A stretch of DNA of 64,000 nt, from IMG/VR virus record IMGVR_UViG_3300049202_000001; one strand, 5' to 3'. Made by a program: the position numbers and the translations under genes. Below are positions 10,501 to 20,013 of the stretch, in pieces. This DNA is from a virus. A model generated the notes under the pieces. It did no database searches. It saw nothing but the letters and a program-made list of their open reading frames with translations, and was not told the origin of the DNA. Position 1 is the first letter of the stretch. Each line of letters begins with the position of its first letter.

Positions 10501-13047
10501 AAAGGCGGTAAGCCTGAAGCCGTCAAAGCTGTAGCAGAAGCCAACAAAGAACTGCTGGCAGCAGCAGACAAGCAGAAAGAAATGTGGCGTGATGTAGGTA
10601 AGACGATTACTGATTCGTTGACAGGTGCATTTGGTTCCGCTGGTAACGCGATGGGTAAACTTCTGGAATCTACTATTGAGATTCAAAACACTGAAAATGC
10701 TAGCGCAGAACAGCGCATGGGACAGTATGGCGACATGGCTCAAGCAGCAAGTGGTTTCTTCGACAAACAATCGAAAGGCTACAAACTGTTGAACGGTATC
10801 TCGCAAGCATTCCACGTAGCTGAAATGGCGCGTACGCTTGTGATGACTGTAGCTAAGATTGCTCAAGGTGCTGCGACATTCTTCGCACAATCTGGATGGG
10901 GTGGATTTGCTGGTATTGCAGCTATGGGTGCAGTTATGGCTGGCCTTGGATTCGCAATGTCAGGAAACACAAACGCTGGAGGAAAGAGTGCAGAAGACAT
11001 GCAGAAAACTCAAGGTACTGGGGGTGTGTTCGGTGATGCCAGCAAGAAGTCAGAGAGTATTAACAAGTCTTTGGAAACTTTGAAAACGAACTCTAACGTT
11101 CTGCTTCCAATTAACCAAGGAATGCTGCAATCGCTTCGTGCTATTGAAGCTTCCATGACTGGACTGACTAACCTTGTTATTCGTACTTCCGGCCTGACAG
11201 AAGGTACTAACCTGGGAATCACAACAGGTAAACTTTCTTCTGGTGAAACTGGACTACTTGGAACATCTGTAGGACTTACAAACAAGCTGGCAAGTGCAAT
11301 TCCTGTTGTTGGAGGTGTAATCTCTAGCATCATGAGCAAAGTTAGTTCGTTGTGGGGAAGCACAAAGCAAACCATTATTGACGCTGGCCTGCAATTTGGA
11401 GGACGCGTGTCTGACCTTCAAGGTGGTAGTGGATTCAATCAGTATGCATCGGTAGATACGACCAAGAAGAAACTCTTTGGACTATCTAAGACAACAACCA
11501 ACAAAGTTGTAACGCAAGGTGTTTCGCAAGAGATGGCCCAGCAGTTCGGATTGGTGTTCTCTAATCTGGAAGAAACTTTGAAGTTGGCTGCAAGTGGTCT
11601 AGGTAAGAGTGGAGAAGAAGTTGGAAACGCTATTAACAACATGGTGCTGACAACTACTATGGTTTCGCTGAAGGGATTGAAGGGAGAAGAGCTGACAGAA
11701 GCACTTAACGCTGTCTTGAGCAAGTCGATGGACGAGATTGCGGAAAAGGCATTCCCATCTATGGATTCATTCCGTCAAGTTGGTGAAGGTTACGCTCAAA
11801 CTGTTATCCGTGTATCTTCTGGTGTTGAACAAGCGAAGCTAGCAATGGAACAGCTTGGATTGACAGCGATTGATTATACCAACATCCTTAATAAGCAAGG
11901 AGATGTATCTGTTGAAATCGCTAGGCAAACTATCGCACTAGCCGAAGGAAACAGCGGCATTAATGAAATGCTTAAAGGGCTTGGGGATTCTCTGGACGAT
12001 TTGGTTAGCACATACAAAGCTCTGGTAGATATTCGCAAGCAGATGAACGGACTAGGACTTAACGGTAACGGGCTGGACATCAATGTTGTTAAGGGAGCTG
12101 GAAGTATTTCCAAACTAGGTAGTGCACTAACTGCTTACCAAGATAAATACTTTACAGATCAAGAGAAGTCTGCTATAATGTTGAAATCTGTAACTGCTGA
12201 GTTTAATAAGCTCGGCCTTGCACTTCCAGCAAGCAAAGCAGCACTTCGTGCCTTGATTGAACAAACTGGTGTAGGTACGGCTGAAAACGCTAAACTTACA
12301 GGTCAACTGCTAGCTCTAACTGATGCCTACGCGAAAGCTACGGAAGCAGCAGACGAAGCAAGAGATAGCCAGATGGAAAGTATCAATTCTACGCTCGACG
12401 GTCTGAAGCGATTCTTGGACACGTTAAAAGAGTTCAAAGACTCCTTGGCTCTTGGTGGATCATCTATCCTGACTCCTAACGAAAAATACGTAGAAGCTAA
12501 ACGCCAGTATGAGGAAACTCTTGCTAAGGCAATGGCCGGAGACGTTACTGCACAAGACAACTTCACCGGAGTGGCGCAAGCCTTCCTAGATGCGTCCCGT
12601 GTTATCAACGCTAGCTCACAAGGCTACACCGATACGTACAATAAAGTTATGGCAGACATCGATAGATTGTCAGCTTCAACTTCGGCTCAGATCACTAACG
12701 CAGAAGCACAACTTAAAGCTTTGCAAGATCAAGTGGCTCGTTTGGATACATTGAATGCAACAGCTCAAGATATCCTGACTAACCTTGTGGCTCCTTCACC
12801 GTTGCTGCAAACATCCGTATCTCCTGTAGTGGTTGATACATCATCTCTAGAAGCTCAAATTGCAGAACTTCGTGCGCAGTTGGCCGAAGCAAATACTTTG
12901 AATGCTAAGCAGATGGACGACCTGATGGGCGTGGTGTTCAACTCACAAACAACGAGTGCAGGTGTTATTGCTGAAGCTGTTACCTCTTCAACGAGTGCTA
13001 CAGTGTGGGCCGATAAGACAGGCAAACTTCTAGAAAATGAACGATAA
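7597..13047 (+). CDS. Tape measure protein
   Basis: 1816-aa ORF after the chaperone pair, with long Ala/Gln/Lys coiled-coil stretches and central hydrophobic Gly-rich segments. Confidence 0.9.
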   Translation: MATQDISQLVVEVKSKGIQTAENQLDKLATAADKAEAAVKRLGTSVVGTNSTLSGGVANAAALVSSMTALTAVLERMSLTQARAAKSTRVSNEAMREAHALARGLSGSLGALWITYGNLAGMGVGIAIGASLKGIVTSGKEVEQTLEQIRVLGQASTGEIDQMAIAVTDLGKGAQGPKDVAEALQVLTLAGLNAKSALSGVQAALNLSIGGGVSIEKAAETLVQVSSALGYTARDFDHVSDVIQKTAAVSMSSVDSISNAFKSAAAVGEVYGASLQDIALGLAAVANLGIQGTSAGTALKNFYKDLSASTQKVTGTLQAMGLTIASFRDESTGKFRPLLDVVKTLDEGFGRLNQQQKKLAEVRMFSQQGVREFAVLSKLLNTASEEVDATGKVYASKLEEMADKIDKAAAFSTLAAIAMAQTTSNQLKSVANTIESTFVEVFREVSPQIGQIARAMKSAFASPEFKAGLTAVATGIANITKFAIENAKVIAEVAAAWWTGMRLLAIAPALAGITTGLTLARVAALGLSAALGPIGITLAALTAAWFLYKSAQDDALNNQAAAANLNEYNEGIVKAAEKEQRILAMRKAGKTQADMDREEQMQQDKDAADQAIRNSQRGLDAMKSKLAADEKALSVHEKLILGLVKQGTWTGMVSSKMESFIKQEDEYTRALTQHANQVNITRKATEKLVELRKENGALADAGANKTKISTGDGSLNGKPDRVGANDQYSATIKGFQDDMKAAYQALSNFREEENGKFRAGEIGRLQVIQETADKEVATYTLIAEKARAARAVAERTPNKSADAERFRGEEERAEAERVQAERMRSQNTLALQREVLAQKTALQVKALEDEGKYVDAANLKWSVDGKLSLDQAQKDLAAYGEKFPWLTDLVNQFAATRDAAVGSAQLKQDALEFDTALLNVQATLKGFKADTYGDSVSGVLDKATDATQRFQKAMEVAKVKRDKLMNDAKGGKPEAVKAVAEANKELLAAADKQKEMWRDVGKTITDSLTGAFGSAGNAMGKLLESTIEIQNTENASAEQRMGQYGDMAQAASGFFDKQSKGYKLLNGISQAFHVAEMARTLVMTVAKIAQGAATFFAQSGWGGFAGIAAMGAVMAGLGFAMSGNTNAGGKSAEDMQKTQGTGGVFGDASKKSESINKSLETLKTNSNVLLPINQGMLQSLRAIEASMTGLTNLVIRTSGLTEGTNLGITTGKLSSGETGLLGTSVGLTNKLASAIPVVGGVISSIMSKVSSLWGSTKQTIIDAGLQFGGRVSDLQGGSGFNQYASVDTTKKKLFGLSKTTTNKVVTQGVSQEMAQQFGLVFSNLEETLKLAASGLGKSGEEVGNAINNMVLTTTMVSLKGLKGEELTEALNAVLSKSMDEIAEKAFPSMDSFRQVGEGYAQTVIRVSSGVEQAKLAMEQLGLTAIDYTNILNKQGDVSVEIARQTIALAEGNSGINEMLKGLGDSLDDLVSTYKALVDIRKQMNGLGLNGNGLDINVVKGAGSISKLGSALTAYQDKYFTDQEKSAIMLKSVTAEFNKLGLALPASKAALRALIEQTGVGTAENAKLTGQLLALTDAYAKATEAADEARDSQMESINSTLDGLKRFLDTLKEFKDSLALGGSSILTPNEKYVEAKRQYEETLAKAMAGDVTAQDNFTGVAQAFLDASRVINASSQGYTDTYNKVMADIDRLSASTSAQITNAEAQLKALQDQVARLDTLNATAQDILTNLVAPSPLLQTSVSPVVVDTSSLEAQIAELRAQLAEANTLNAKQMDDLMGVVFNSQTTSAGVIAEAVTSSTSATVWADKTGKLLENER

Positions 13048-13072
13048 GCCTTAACAGGCTAGAAGGGAAACA

Positions 13073-14539
13073 ATGATTGACTACGCAGCTTGGTTGAAAG
13101 ACCCGGCTGCTGTCAGGGTTGTGTTGATTGAAGTAGGTGTAAAGACAGCCGGGTTGGAAACAACCCGGTTTTTGTCTACTAAACCTTACGTTACATCGCC
13201 GACTGACAGCCCAGCCAACCAATTTTACCAGCCTATCGTAACGACAGGGCTGCAATTTACTGAACAACTTGCTCTCGATGGCCAAGGGAGTTTTAGTGCA
13301 GGTGACATCGAGCTTTCCAACTACAACGGAGAGCGTGATTCATGGCTAGACGATATCTGGGACAACCACTCAATCAAGATGTGGATTGGTGATCCTCGTT
13401 GGATTCGCTCAGATTTTCAAATGATTTTTAATGGCGTGGTTGCTACGATTGGTAGCAAGAGCCGCGACTTACTAAACCTTACGTTGAGAGACAAACTCCA
13501 ACGTCTTAATACTCCGGTGACGGATGACAAAATTGGTGGAAGTGACGGGAACAGTGATAACGTACTGAGCCTATCGTTCGGTGAAGTTCACAACGTCACA
13601 CCACAACTTACGAACGCTGTAACGCTGGAATACGAAGTGCATGATGGTGCAATCGAGCGAGTGATTGAAGTGAGAGATAATGGCAAGCCAGTGGGTATCA
13701 CAGCTACACTAGGCACTGGCCGTTTTACTTTGAACCGTCCTTCCGCTGGCTCCATTACAGCCTCCATTCAAGGTGACAAGTTCGGAGGAACATATAGAAA
13801 TACAATTGCAGCCCTAGTGGAACGTATCGTCACAGGGTATGGAAAAGATACAGACAGATTCGATTCAAGTGACATCGACGCCTCTAACTTTTCAGCTTTC
13901 GATACAGCACACCCACAACCTATCGGCGTATATGCAGACGGACGTACTAACGTTCTAGAGCTGTGTCAACAACTAGCAGGAAGTGTGGATGCACAGCTTG
14001 TAATGTCCCGTCAAGGACTCCTGCGCTTGATTCAATTGCAGATTCCGGGAACAGGAACACCATTCGCTGTCGGGCCTTCCCAGATGGTTGAACGTTCACT
14101 TCGTATCACGTCCCGTCCTTACGTAAAGGGAGCTGTGATGCTGGGATTTAATAAGAACTACACAGTTCAAGAGGGCTTGCTAACTTCTATTCCTGATGCA
14201 CATAAAACATTATTTGCAATGGAATGGTTGACAGCTACAGCAGCCGATACGACAGTGCAAGCGGATTACAAGTTGAACTCAGCTCCTCCGCAAAAGGATA
14301 CGTTGCTGTGTAAGCGTACGGATGCTCAGGTCGAAGCACAACGTCAATTGGATATGTGGAAGGTAGCACGCACAGTATTTACATTTGAAGGAACTGCTGA
14401 CCTGCTTCAACTAGAGCTTGGACAAGCAATCACAATTACACATCCACGATTCGGACTTCAGAACGGAAAGACAGGCATCGTAACATCGTTAGCCCCTGTA
14501 TGGCTGAATGGACACGTAACAGTGGGTGTACTAGTATAA
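13073..14539 (+). CDS. Minor tail / distal tail or hub protein (putative)
   Basis: 488-aa ORF immediately after the tape measure gene. Positional call. Confidence 0.45.
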   Translation: MIDYAAWLKDPAAVRVVLIEVGVKTAGLETTRFLSTKPYVTSPTDSPANQFYQPIVTTGLQFTEQLALDGQGSFSAGDIELSNYNGERDSWLDDIWDNHSIKMWIGDPRWIRSDFQMIFNGVVATIGSKSRDLLNLTLRDKLQRLNTPVTDDKIGGSDGNSDNVLSLSFGEVHNVTPQLTNAVTLEYEVHDGAIERVIEVRDNGKPVGITATLGTGRFTLNRPSAGSITASIQGDKFGGTYRNTIAALVERIVTGYGKDTDRFDSSDIDASNFSAFDTAHPQPIGVYADGRTNVLELCQQLAGSVDAQLVMSRQGLLRLIQLQIPGTGTPFAVGPSQMVERSLRITSRPYVKGAVMLGFNKNYTVQEGLLTSIPDAHKTLFAMEWLTATAADTTVQADYKLNSAPPQKDTLLCKRTDAQVEAQRQLDMWKVARTVFTFEGTADLLQLELGQAITITHPRFGLQNGKTGIVTSLAPVWLNGHVTVGVLV

Positions 14540-14548
14540 AGGAAAAGA

Positions 14549-16426
14549 ATGGCTACTATTCAGAACGACAGGGATAATATCCTGCAAGCAGCGTCAACAC
14601 GAGACGTTGACCCTACAGCAGGGAAGTATTTGACGCTGACCCCATCGACGCCAGTGTTCCACGTTTCAACGAGTGGTACGCCAACTCCTTCGTCAATTAC
14701 GATTACCGCTAACCCTGTCAATATGACAGGAACAGAGGCATCGTTTAGCATCACTGCTGGTACGCTTACAGGAACAGGAAATACAAGAACGCTTACCTTC
14801 GCAAATATGCCAGTGGATAACATTACTGTCTCTGCCAGCGTAAGCTTCCTAGGACAGACGTACAATGCTTCCATTGATATTGCCAAAGTAGAAGACGGAG
14901 TTGCAGGTGAAACTGGTGCAGATGGAAGCATGTTTGCTACGGCTTCTTTGTATCAATGGTCTACTGTTGATCCGGGATTGCCTTCAGGCTCTTCAACGTT
15001 CACATGGGCTAGCGCAGCGAATACGTCCTACATCGGAAGTGACGGATGGTTTACTACTGTTCAGACGAATCCGGGAACATCAGGAATTAAACTGTGGGTA
15101 GCTTCAAAACCTATCACAGCTCCAGCAGGAACGCCTACAACAACCGTAACATACTCAGCTGGTGCCACGGTAGCTGCTGTGTCTCAAAACGGCGTAGCGG
15201 GCGCTAAGCAGGCTGTGGCTCGTGCCTATCAATGGTCTACAGGTGCAGCTCCTACAGCTACAGGCACAGCCACATGGACGTGGGCAACAGCAAGCTACAA
15301 TACTCCACCAGCGACAGGATGGACAGCAGCTAAGACAGATGCTCCAGCACTTGGTTATACGCTTTATGAAGCAACAGTGGCTTTAGTAGATTCAACAGGT
15401 GCAACTACAACCGCGATTGACTGGACAACAGCAACACGTACAGGTATCGGCTACATGGCAACAAACGGCAACAATGCTGCTATTGCTTACGTTCTTGTAG
15501 ATGGTAATACGTTGAATGGAACACCAGCTACGATTACGAAGTCTGGTACAGCTCTTCCAGCTTCTGGTGACTGGGGAAGTACACGTACTTGGGTAACATC
15601 CCCTCCTGTTCCGGCAGCAGGACAGTCTGTTTTCCAGAGTAATGGTATCTGGAATTCTGTATCGAATCAGACTGTCTGGGGGCTACCATATCTTAGTGCC
15701 CTTCGTGTAGGTAGTTTGTCTGCTGTATCTACTGACACAGGCACGTTAAATGTGTCTGGAACGATTAGCAGCGCCAACGGAAACTTCACGGTAGACAGTA
15801 ACGGCAACGCTTCGATGAAGGCGCTCACTGTCCGTGACTCTGGTGGTAACATCTTGATTCAGAGTAGCGCGTCTACGCAGATTACTTCTGGCAACGTAGC
15901 CAACTGGGTTCAGGGTGGCGCTATTGGGAATACTCAAATTGGCGGTGACTTGTTTTCCACTAACTGGAACGGAAGTGTGGGGCCGAGCGGAGTAGGCTGG
16001 AGGATTGACAGGTCAGGTACGCTTTACGCTAACAACATCTATACGCGTGGCTCTCTAATGGGTGGTGTATATACAGGATACTCTTGGCCGGCTGCTGGTG
16101 CAGGTAACACTGGATTCTTCCTTGGAGCATCGGGGCTGTTGATTGGTAACGCCAATAACAACAAATATTTCCAAGTCGAGGAAAGCGGAAACGTATATGC
16201 CCCCGGCTTCAGCATCGTCAACGGTAACTTGAGCGTAACTGGCGCTATTACAGCCACTAGCGGATCGTTCTCAGGAACGCTCAACGCACCTAATGGAACG
16301 TTGGGAACAATTACTTCGGGTACGATTCAGTCTGGATCATCTGGGCAACGTACGGTTATTAATCAAAACGGTGTTAACGTGTATGACAGTGCAGGTACGC
16401 TCCGTGTTCGTTTGGGGATTTGGTAA
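14549..16426 (+). CDS. Tail tip / host-specificity protein with internal repeats
   Basis: 625 aa and Thr/Ala/Gly-rich. Two roughly 92-aa repeats start with YQWST...TW(A/T)... The C-terminal region is Gly/Asn/Ser-rich and fibre-like. Confidence 0.5.
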   Translation: MATIQNDRDNILQAASTRDVDPTAGKYLTLTPSTPVFHVSTSGTPTPSSITITANPVNMTGTEASFSITAGTLTGTGNTRTLTFANMPVDNITVSASVSFLGQTYNASIDIAKVEDGVAGETGADGSMFATASLYQWSTVDPGLPSGSSTFTWASAANTSYIGSDGWFTTVQTNPGTSGIKLWVASKPITAPAGTPTTTVTYSAGATVAAVSQNGVAGAKQAVARAYQWSTGAAPTATGTATWTWATASYNTPPATGWTAAKTDAPALGYTLYEATVALVDSTGATTTAIDWTTATRTGIGYMATNGNNAAIAYVLVDGNTLNGTPATITKSGTALPASGDWGSTRTWVTSPPVPAAGQSVFQSNGIWNSVSNQTVWGLPYLSALRVGSLSAVSTDTGTLNVSGTISSANGNFTVDSNGNASMKALTVRDSGGNILIQSSASTQITSGNVANWVQGGAIGNTQIGGDLFSTNWNGSVGPSGVGWRIDRSGTLYANNIYTRGSLMGGVYTGYSWPAAGAGNTGFFLGASGLLIGNANNNKYFQVEESGNVYAPGFSIVNGNLSVTGAITATSGSFSGTLNAPNGTLGTITSGTIQSGSSGQRTVINQNGVNVYDSAGTLRVRLGIW

Positions 16427-16692
16427 TGGCAGCAGGACTACAAGTATGGGATGCGTCAGGAAATATTATTCTTGACACGTCCGATCAGACATTTAGATAT
16501 ATTGGTTCTTACGGTTTTACTGTAAGTTCTTCTGACAACAGTAGCACAGTCGTAAGTGTTCCGGGCGTGTCTCCCGGTACTCACTTTGCGACTAGCTCTA
16601 TAGGACTTCCAGTAGTAGAGACTAATCAGGTCAGAGTTTACGGCCAAATCGGGTCAAGTGGCTCTGGTACATTTTACGTTTTTAGGATTTGA
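16420..16692 (+). CDS. Small tail-associated protein (GLxVxDxxG N-terminal motif)
   Basis: Start overlaps the upstream stop. The N-terminus AAGLQVWDASGNIILD is paralogous to the next gene. Confidence 0.45.
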   Translation: MVMAAGLQVWDASGNIILDTSDQTFRYIGSYGFTVSSSDNSSTVVSVPGVSPGTHFATSSIGLPVVETNQVRVYGQIGSSGSGTFYVFRI

Positions 16693-16693
16693 A

Positions 16694-17386
16694 ATGACAG
16701 CAGGACTAGAAATCTACAATGATGCTGGGGCTTTGATTATTGACAGTGTTAATCCAAATTATAGCCTACTAGCCTCTGGAACTGCCTCTACTGGTGTGGC
16801 TGTTAGTTTTACAACTACTACAGTTCGTCCTCTGGTATTTGTTCGTTTCAATACATCCAACAGGTTTGTTCGTGTGGCGGACTTGACAAATAGCAGTGTC
16901 ACATTTGCCTGCTATGACCAACCTGCTTCAAGCACAGCGTACGCTACAGAGGTATCAGGGAGTACAGAATATATGGTGTTCGGGATTGCCAGTACGCTTG
17001 CTCCGAGCAGTCCCGGATATGGTTTGAATGTGTTTGATGCAGCAGGGAACCTTATCTACGACTCAAATAGAGTTGTACCGCGTGTGAAAGAAGTTGTGAC
17101 GCTTCCAGCATTATCCCCCCCAACTGTTACATATAATCCTATTAGTGTTATAGCACACAGTCAAGGATCAAACCCTTGGATGCTGGCAAATAGCACATAT
17201 AATCCATACGGGTATGTCTTTCACGACGATAATCCCGCACACCTTAGCTACTTACTATGCACCGCATTAAGAAGCAGTACAGCTTCAGGAAACCAGATTT
17301 GGCTAGAGGCGGTGAAGGTTTACACCATTGGTACTCAAGGTTCGTCATGGCCGTCCGCGCCCACACAGGTAGCATTGATTCCATAA
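16694..17386 (+). CDS. Tail-associated protein with two GLxVxDxxG motifs
   Basis: ATG at 16694 with an RBS; the track start at 16658 is less likely. Contains motifs TAGLEIYNDAGALIID and YGLNVFDAAGNLIYD. Confidence 0.45.
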   Translation: MTAGLEIYNDAGALIIDSVNPNYSLLASGTASTGVAVSFTTTTVRPLVFVRFNTSNRFVRVADLTNSSVTFACYDQPASSTAYATEVSGSTEYMVFGIASTLAPSSPGYGLNVFDAAGNLIYDSNRVVPRVKEVVTLPALSPPTVTYNPISVIAHSQGSNPWMLANSTYNPYGYVFHDDNPAHLSYLLCTALRSSTASGNQIWLEAVKVYTIGTQGSSWPSAPTQVALIP

Positions 17387-17412
17387 ATGTAAGTAGTATT
17401 ACGTAACAGAAA

Positions 17413-17435
17413 GCCGCCCTGATGGGCGGCTTTTT
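17413..17435 (+). terminator. Rho-independent terminator
   Basis: Stem GCCGCCC / GGGCGGC, loop TGAT, followed by TTTTT. Confidence 0.75.
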
Positions 17436-17462
17436 GACATTATAGGTAAGTAGTGTTATAAT
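17434..17462 (+). promoter_or_regulatory. Consensus sigma70-type promoter
   Basis: TTGACA, 17-nt spacer, TATAAT. The spacer contains TAGGTAAGTAGTG. Confidence 0.7.
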
Positions 17463-17524
17463 CCTACTTATGACTACTCCTTACGAGAGTATAACACAGA
17501 ATTACGAAGAAAGGTAAAGAATTT

Positions 17525-20002
17525 ATGTCTACACGTTTCTATTACAACCAGCAGGACTATATCGTTCAGCTAAATCTAATGGACGATATTGCAACAGCCA
17601 GTGCTGAGAGCGCAGCAGGATATGCGGCGGCGGCAGAAGCTAGTGCAGATGAAGCGGCGGCATCGGCGGCTGCGGCAGCTTCTCTGGTTGAGAATCAAAT
17701 TGTAGATGGTCAAACTGTAAAGGCTCCATCTCAAAACGCAGTGTTTGATGCACTTGCTGCTAAGCAACCTACCATTGTTGCTGGAACCACGTCCCAATAT
17801 TACCGTGGAGATAAAACGTTTCAAACGCTTGATAAAGCTGCTGTAGGGCTTTCCAACGTAGACAATACAAGTGATGCAAGTAAACCTGTCTCTACCGCTC
17901 AAGCAGCAGCAGACGCAGCAACGTTGGCAAGTGCAAATAGCTACGCAGATGGTTTGGTCGTTAGCATGTGGGATGATCGTGGTAACTACGACGCTTCAGT
18001 AAACACGTTCCCTACAACAGGCGGATCAGGAAGCGCTGGAGCTGTAAAAAAGAATGACATCTGGACTATTTCCGTAGCTGGAACGCTTGGCGGAACTCCT
18101 GTGGCTGTACGTCAATTTATTCGTGCTCTTTCAGATGCTCCGGGACAGACAGCCACAAGCTGGGCAATTGGCCTAGCTAATACCGATATCGATGACTCGA
18201 TCACAGATGGTATTACAGGCCGAGCACCGTCACAAAACGCAGTGTTCGATGCTTTGGCATTGAAGGCTCCTTTGGCATCTCCTTCACTGACAGGGACAAT
18301 TGGCGTAGAAAATCTTACACTAAACGGAGCAGCCCGTAGAATTAGAGCTGACTTCTCTAACGCAACAATTGCTAGCCGAACTCTGTTCCAAAGCTCTACG
18401 ACTAATGGGCTTACTAGTATTGGTACAATTCCTAACGGTACATCTACTAACTCAAGTGTTCTTGCATATAACGGCACAGACCCAGATAATTCAGGACTCG
18501 CAGGTATTACTATTAATAACGGCGGTGTTACTCTTATCTCTAGTAAGTCAGGAACTGGGACGACTGTACCACTTGTGGTGAATGTAAACAGTAACGAGAT
18601 GATGAGATATGATAGTACAACTTATAACATCTCAATGTTCGGAGCTGCAATCGAAGATAACGGAACTGCCTATCGTACAATCTCGCTAGGTAGCGGTTCC
18701 ACTGGCAGTGCAGGTACGGTAGTATCGTTCAAAGACTCCAGCGGCAATGCTCGTGGCTCTATCGCTTCCAATACTGGTGCGGGTCTTCAGTTGCAATCTG
18801 CCGGTGCGGGTCTGCCGATGCTATTCTACATGCAAGGAACGGAACGTTTGCGTCTACCGAGTGGTGCCAATGTTATCCAGTCGGACATGACTTCGACTCC
18901 TCAGAATCTTCGTTTGGCATTTCAGACTTCGGTACTGAATGGAGCTACGAGTCTTAATTTGATTCCTAACGGTACAAACACTCAATCCACTATTGTAGCA
19001 CATAACACATCTGATGCTGCAAATGCAGGACGTCTTCTGTTGGGCGTAGATAGTACTACTTCATTCCTGCAAGCAGATAACGTCGGCACTGGTACAGCTA
19101 AACCATTCCAAGTACGTGTTGGAGGTATTACTCGTTTCACGATGCCTGTAGCAAGCAATACAATGCAGGTTTTAGGGTCGGATGCCACATTAAATAATCG
19201 TTTTGCATTCCAAGATAGTACAGTTAATGCTGCCTCAAGTCTGGAAACAATCCCAAATGGCACAGGCGGTAGTTCACAACACATCGTCTGGAATAACTCA
19301 GATCGAGCAAACTCCAGCTACATGTTGATGCGTTGTAATTCCACAGCAGCTTTGTTCTCTTCTTACGCTACTGGTACTGGCTCGGTGTTGCCAATTACGT
19401 TTGAGACAAACGGCATAGAACGTATGCGAATCGCTTCAAGTGGTGTTCTACGTATTGGTCAAAGCACAACCGATGATCCGGCCGCCGCACATATCGACGG
19501 CACTACTATCGGCTCCTTGGGCGCAGGAACTATGATTATGCGCCGTGCGGGACAAACACCGCTTCACATCGCTCGTGGTGATACGTCAGGAACTAACATT
19601 CAGTTTTACACTGATAATGGTTCAGTTGTTGTTGCAGGTAATATTACTTCCAACGGTTCTTCTACGGCGTACAACGTCTCGTCTGATTACCGTCTGAAAG
19701 AGAATGCTAAACCTTTGGAATTCGGTCTGGACTTTATCAAACAAGTGCAGTTTCTGTCTTGGAATTGGAAGGTGGATGGTCGCCGTGGTGAGGGTGTGTT
19801 TGCACACAAACTACAGGAACTTGAAAACCCTGTTCCAGATGCTGTGCAAGGAGATAAGGATGCAGTTAGAGAAGATGGAACTCCAGAGTACCAAAGTGCA
19901 GACTATTCTAAACTAGTACCGCGTATGGGACGGGCCATTCAAGAACTAAGTGAAAAACTTGATGCAGCTCTTAAGCGCATTGAAGCGTTGGAAGCTGCCT
20001 AA
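17525..20002 (+). CDS. Tail fibre with C-terminal S74 intramolecular chaperone domain
   Basis: The C-terminus SSDYRLKEN...WNW...YSKLVP...coiled coil matches the peptidase S74 auto-cleaving chaperone pattern. Also has duplicated APSQNAVFDALA motifs and three roughly 95-aa FQxS...IPNGT repeats. Confidence 0.8.
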   Translation: MSTRFYYNQQDYIVQLNLMDDIATASAESAAGYAAAAEASADEAAASAAAAASLVENQIVDGQTVKAPSQNAVFDALAAKQPTIVAGTTSQYYRGDKTFQTLDKAAVGLSNVDNTSDASKPVSTAQAAADAATLASANSYADGLVVSMWDDRGNYDASVNTFPTTGGSGSAGAVKKNDIWTISVAGTLGGTPVAVRQFIRALSDAPGQTATSWAIGLANTDIDDSITDGITGRAPSQNAVFDALALKAPLASPSLTGTIGVENLTLNGAARRIRADFSNATIASRTLFQSSTTNGLTSIGTIPNGTSTNSSVLAYNGTDPDNSGLAGITINNGGVTLISSKSGTGTTVPLVVNVNSNEMMRYDSTTYNISMFGAAIEDNGTAYRTISLGSGSTGSAGTVVSFKDSSGNARGSIASNTGAGLQLQSAGAGLPMLFYMQGTERLRLPSGANVIQSDMTSTPQNLRLAFQTSVLNGATSLNLIPNGTNTQSTIVAHNTSDAANAGRLLLGVDSTTSFLQADNVGTGTAKPFQVRVGGITRFTMPVASNTMQVLGSDATLNNRFAFQDSTVNAASSLETIPNGTGGSSQHIVWNNSDRANSSYMLMRCNSTAALFSSYATGTGSVLPITFETNGIERMRIASSGVLRIGQSTTDDPAAAHIDGTTIGSLGAGTMIMRRAGQTPLHIARGDTSGTNIQFYTDNGSVVVAGNITSNGSSTAYNVSSDYRLKENAKPLEFGLDFIKQVQFLSWNWKVDGRRGEGVFAHKLQELENPVPDAVQGDKDAVREDGTPEYQSADYSKLVPRMGRAIQELSEKLDAALKRIEALEAA

Positions 20003-20013
20003 GAAAGGAAGAC

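Noticed and set aside
14549-20002. Repeats in tail-tip and fibre genes as the template/variable repeats of a diversity-generating retroelement.
   Set aside because: No reverse transcriptase or Avd-like gene is present in the window. The repeats are in-frame protein-module duplications rather than adenine-specific mismatched TR/VR pairs.
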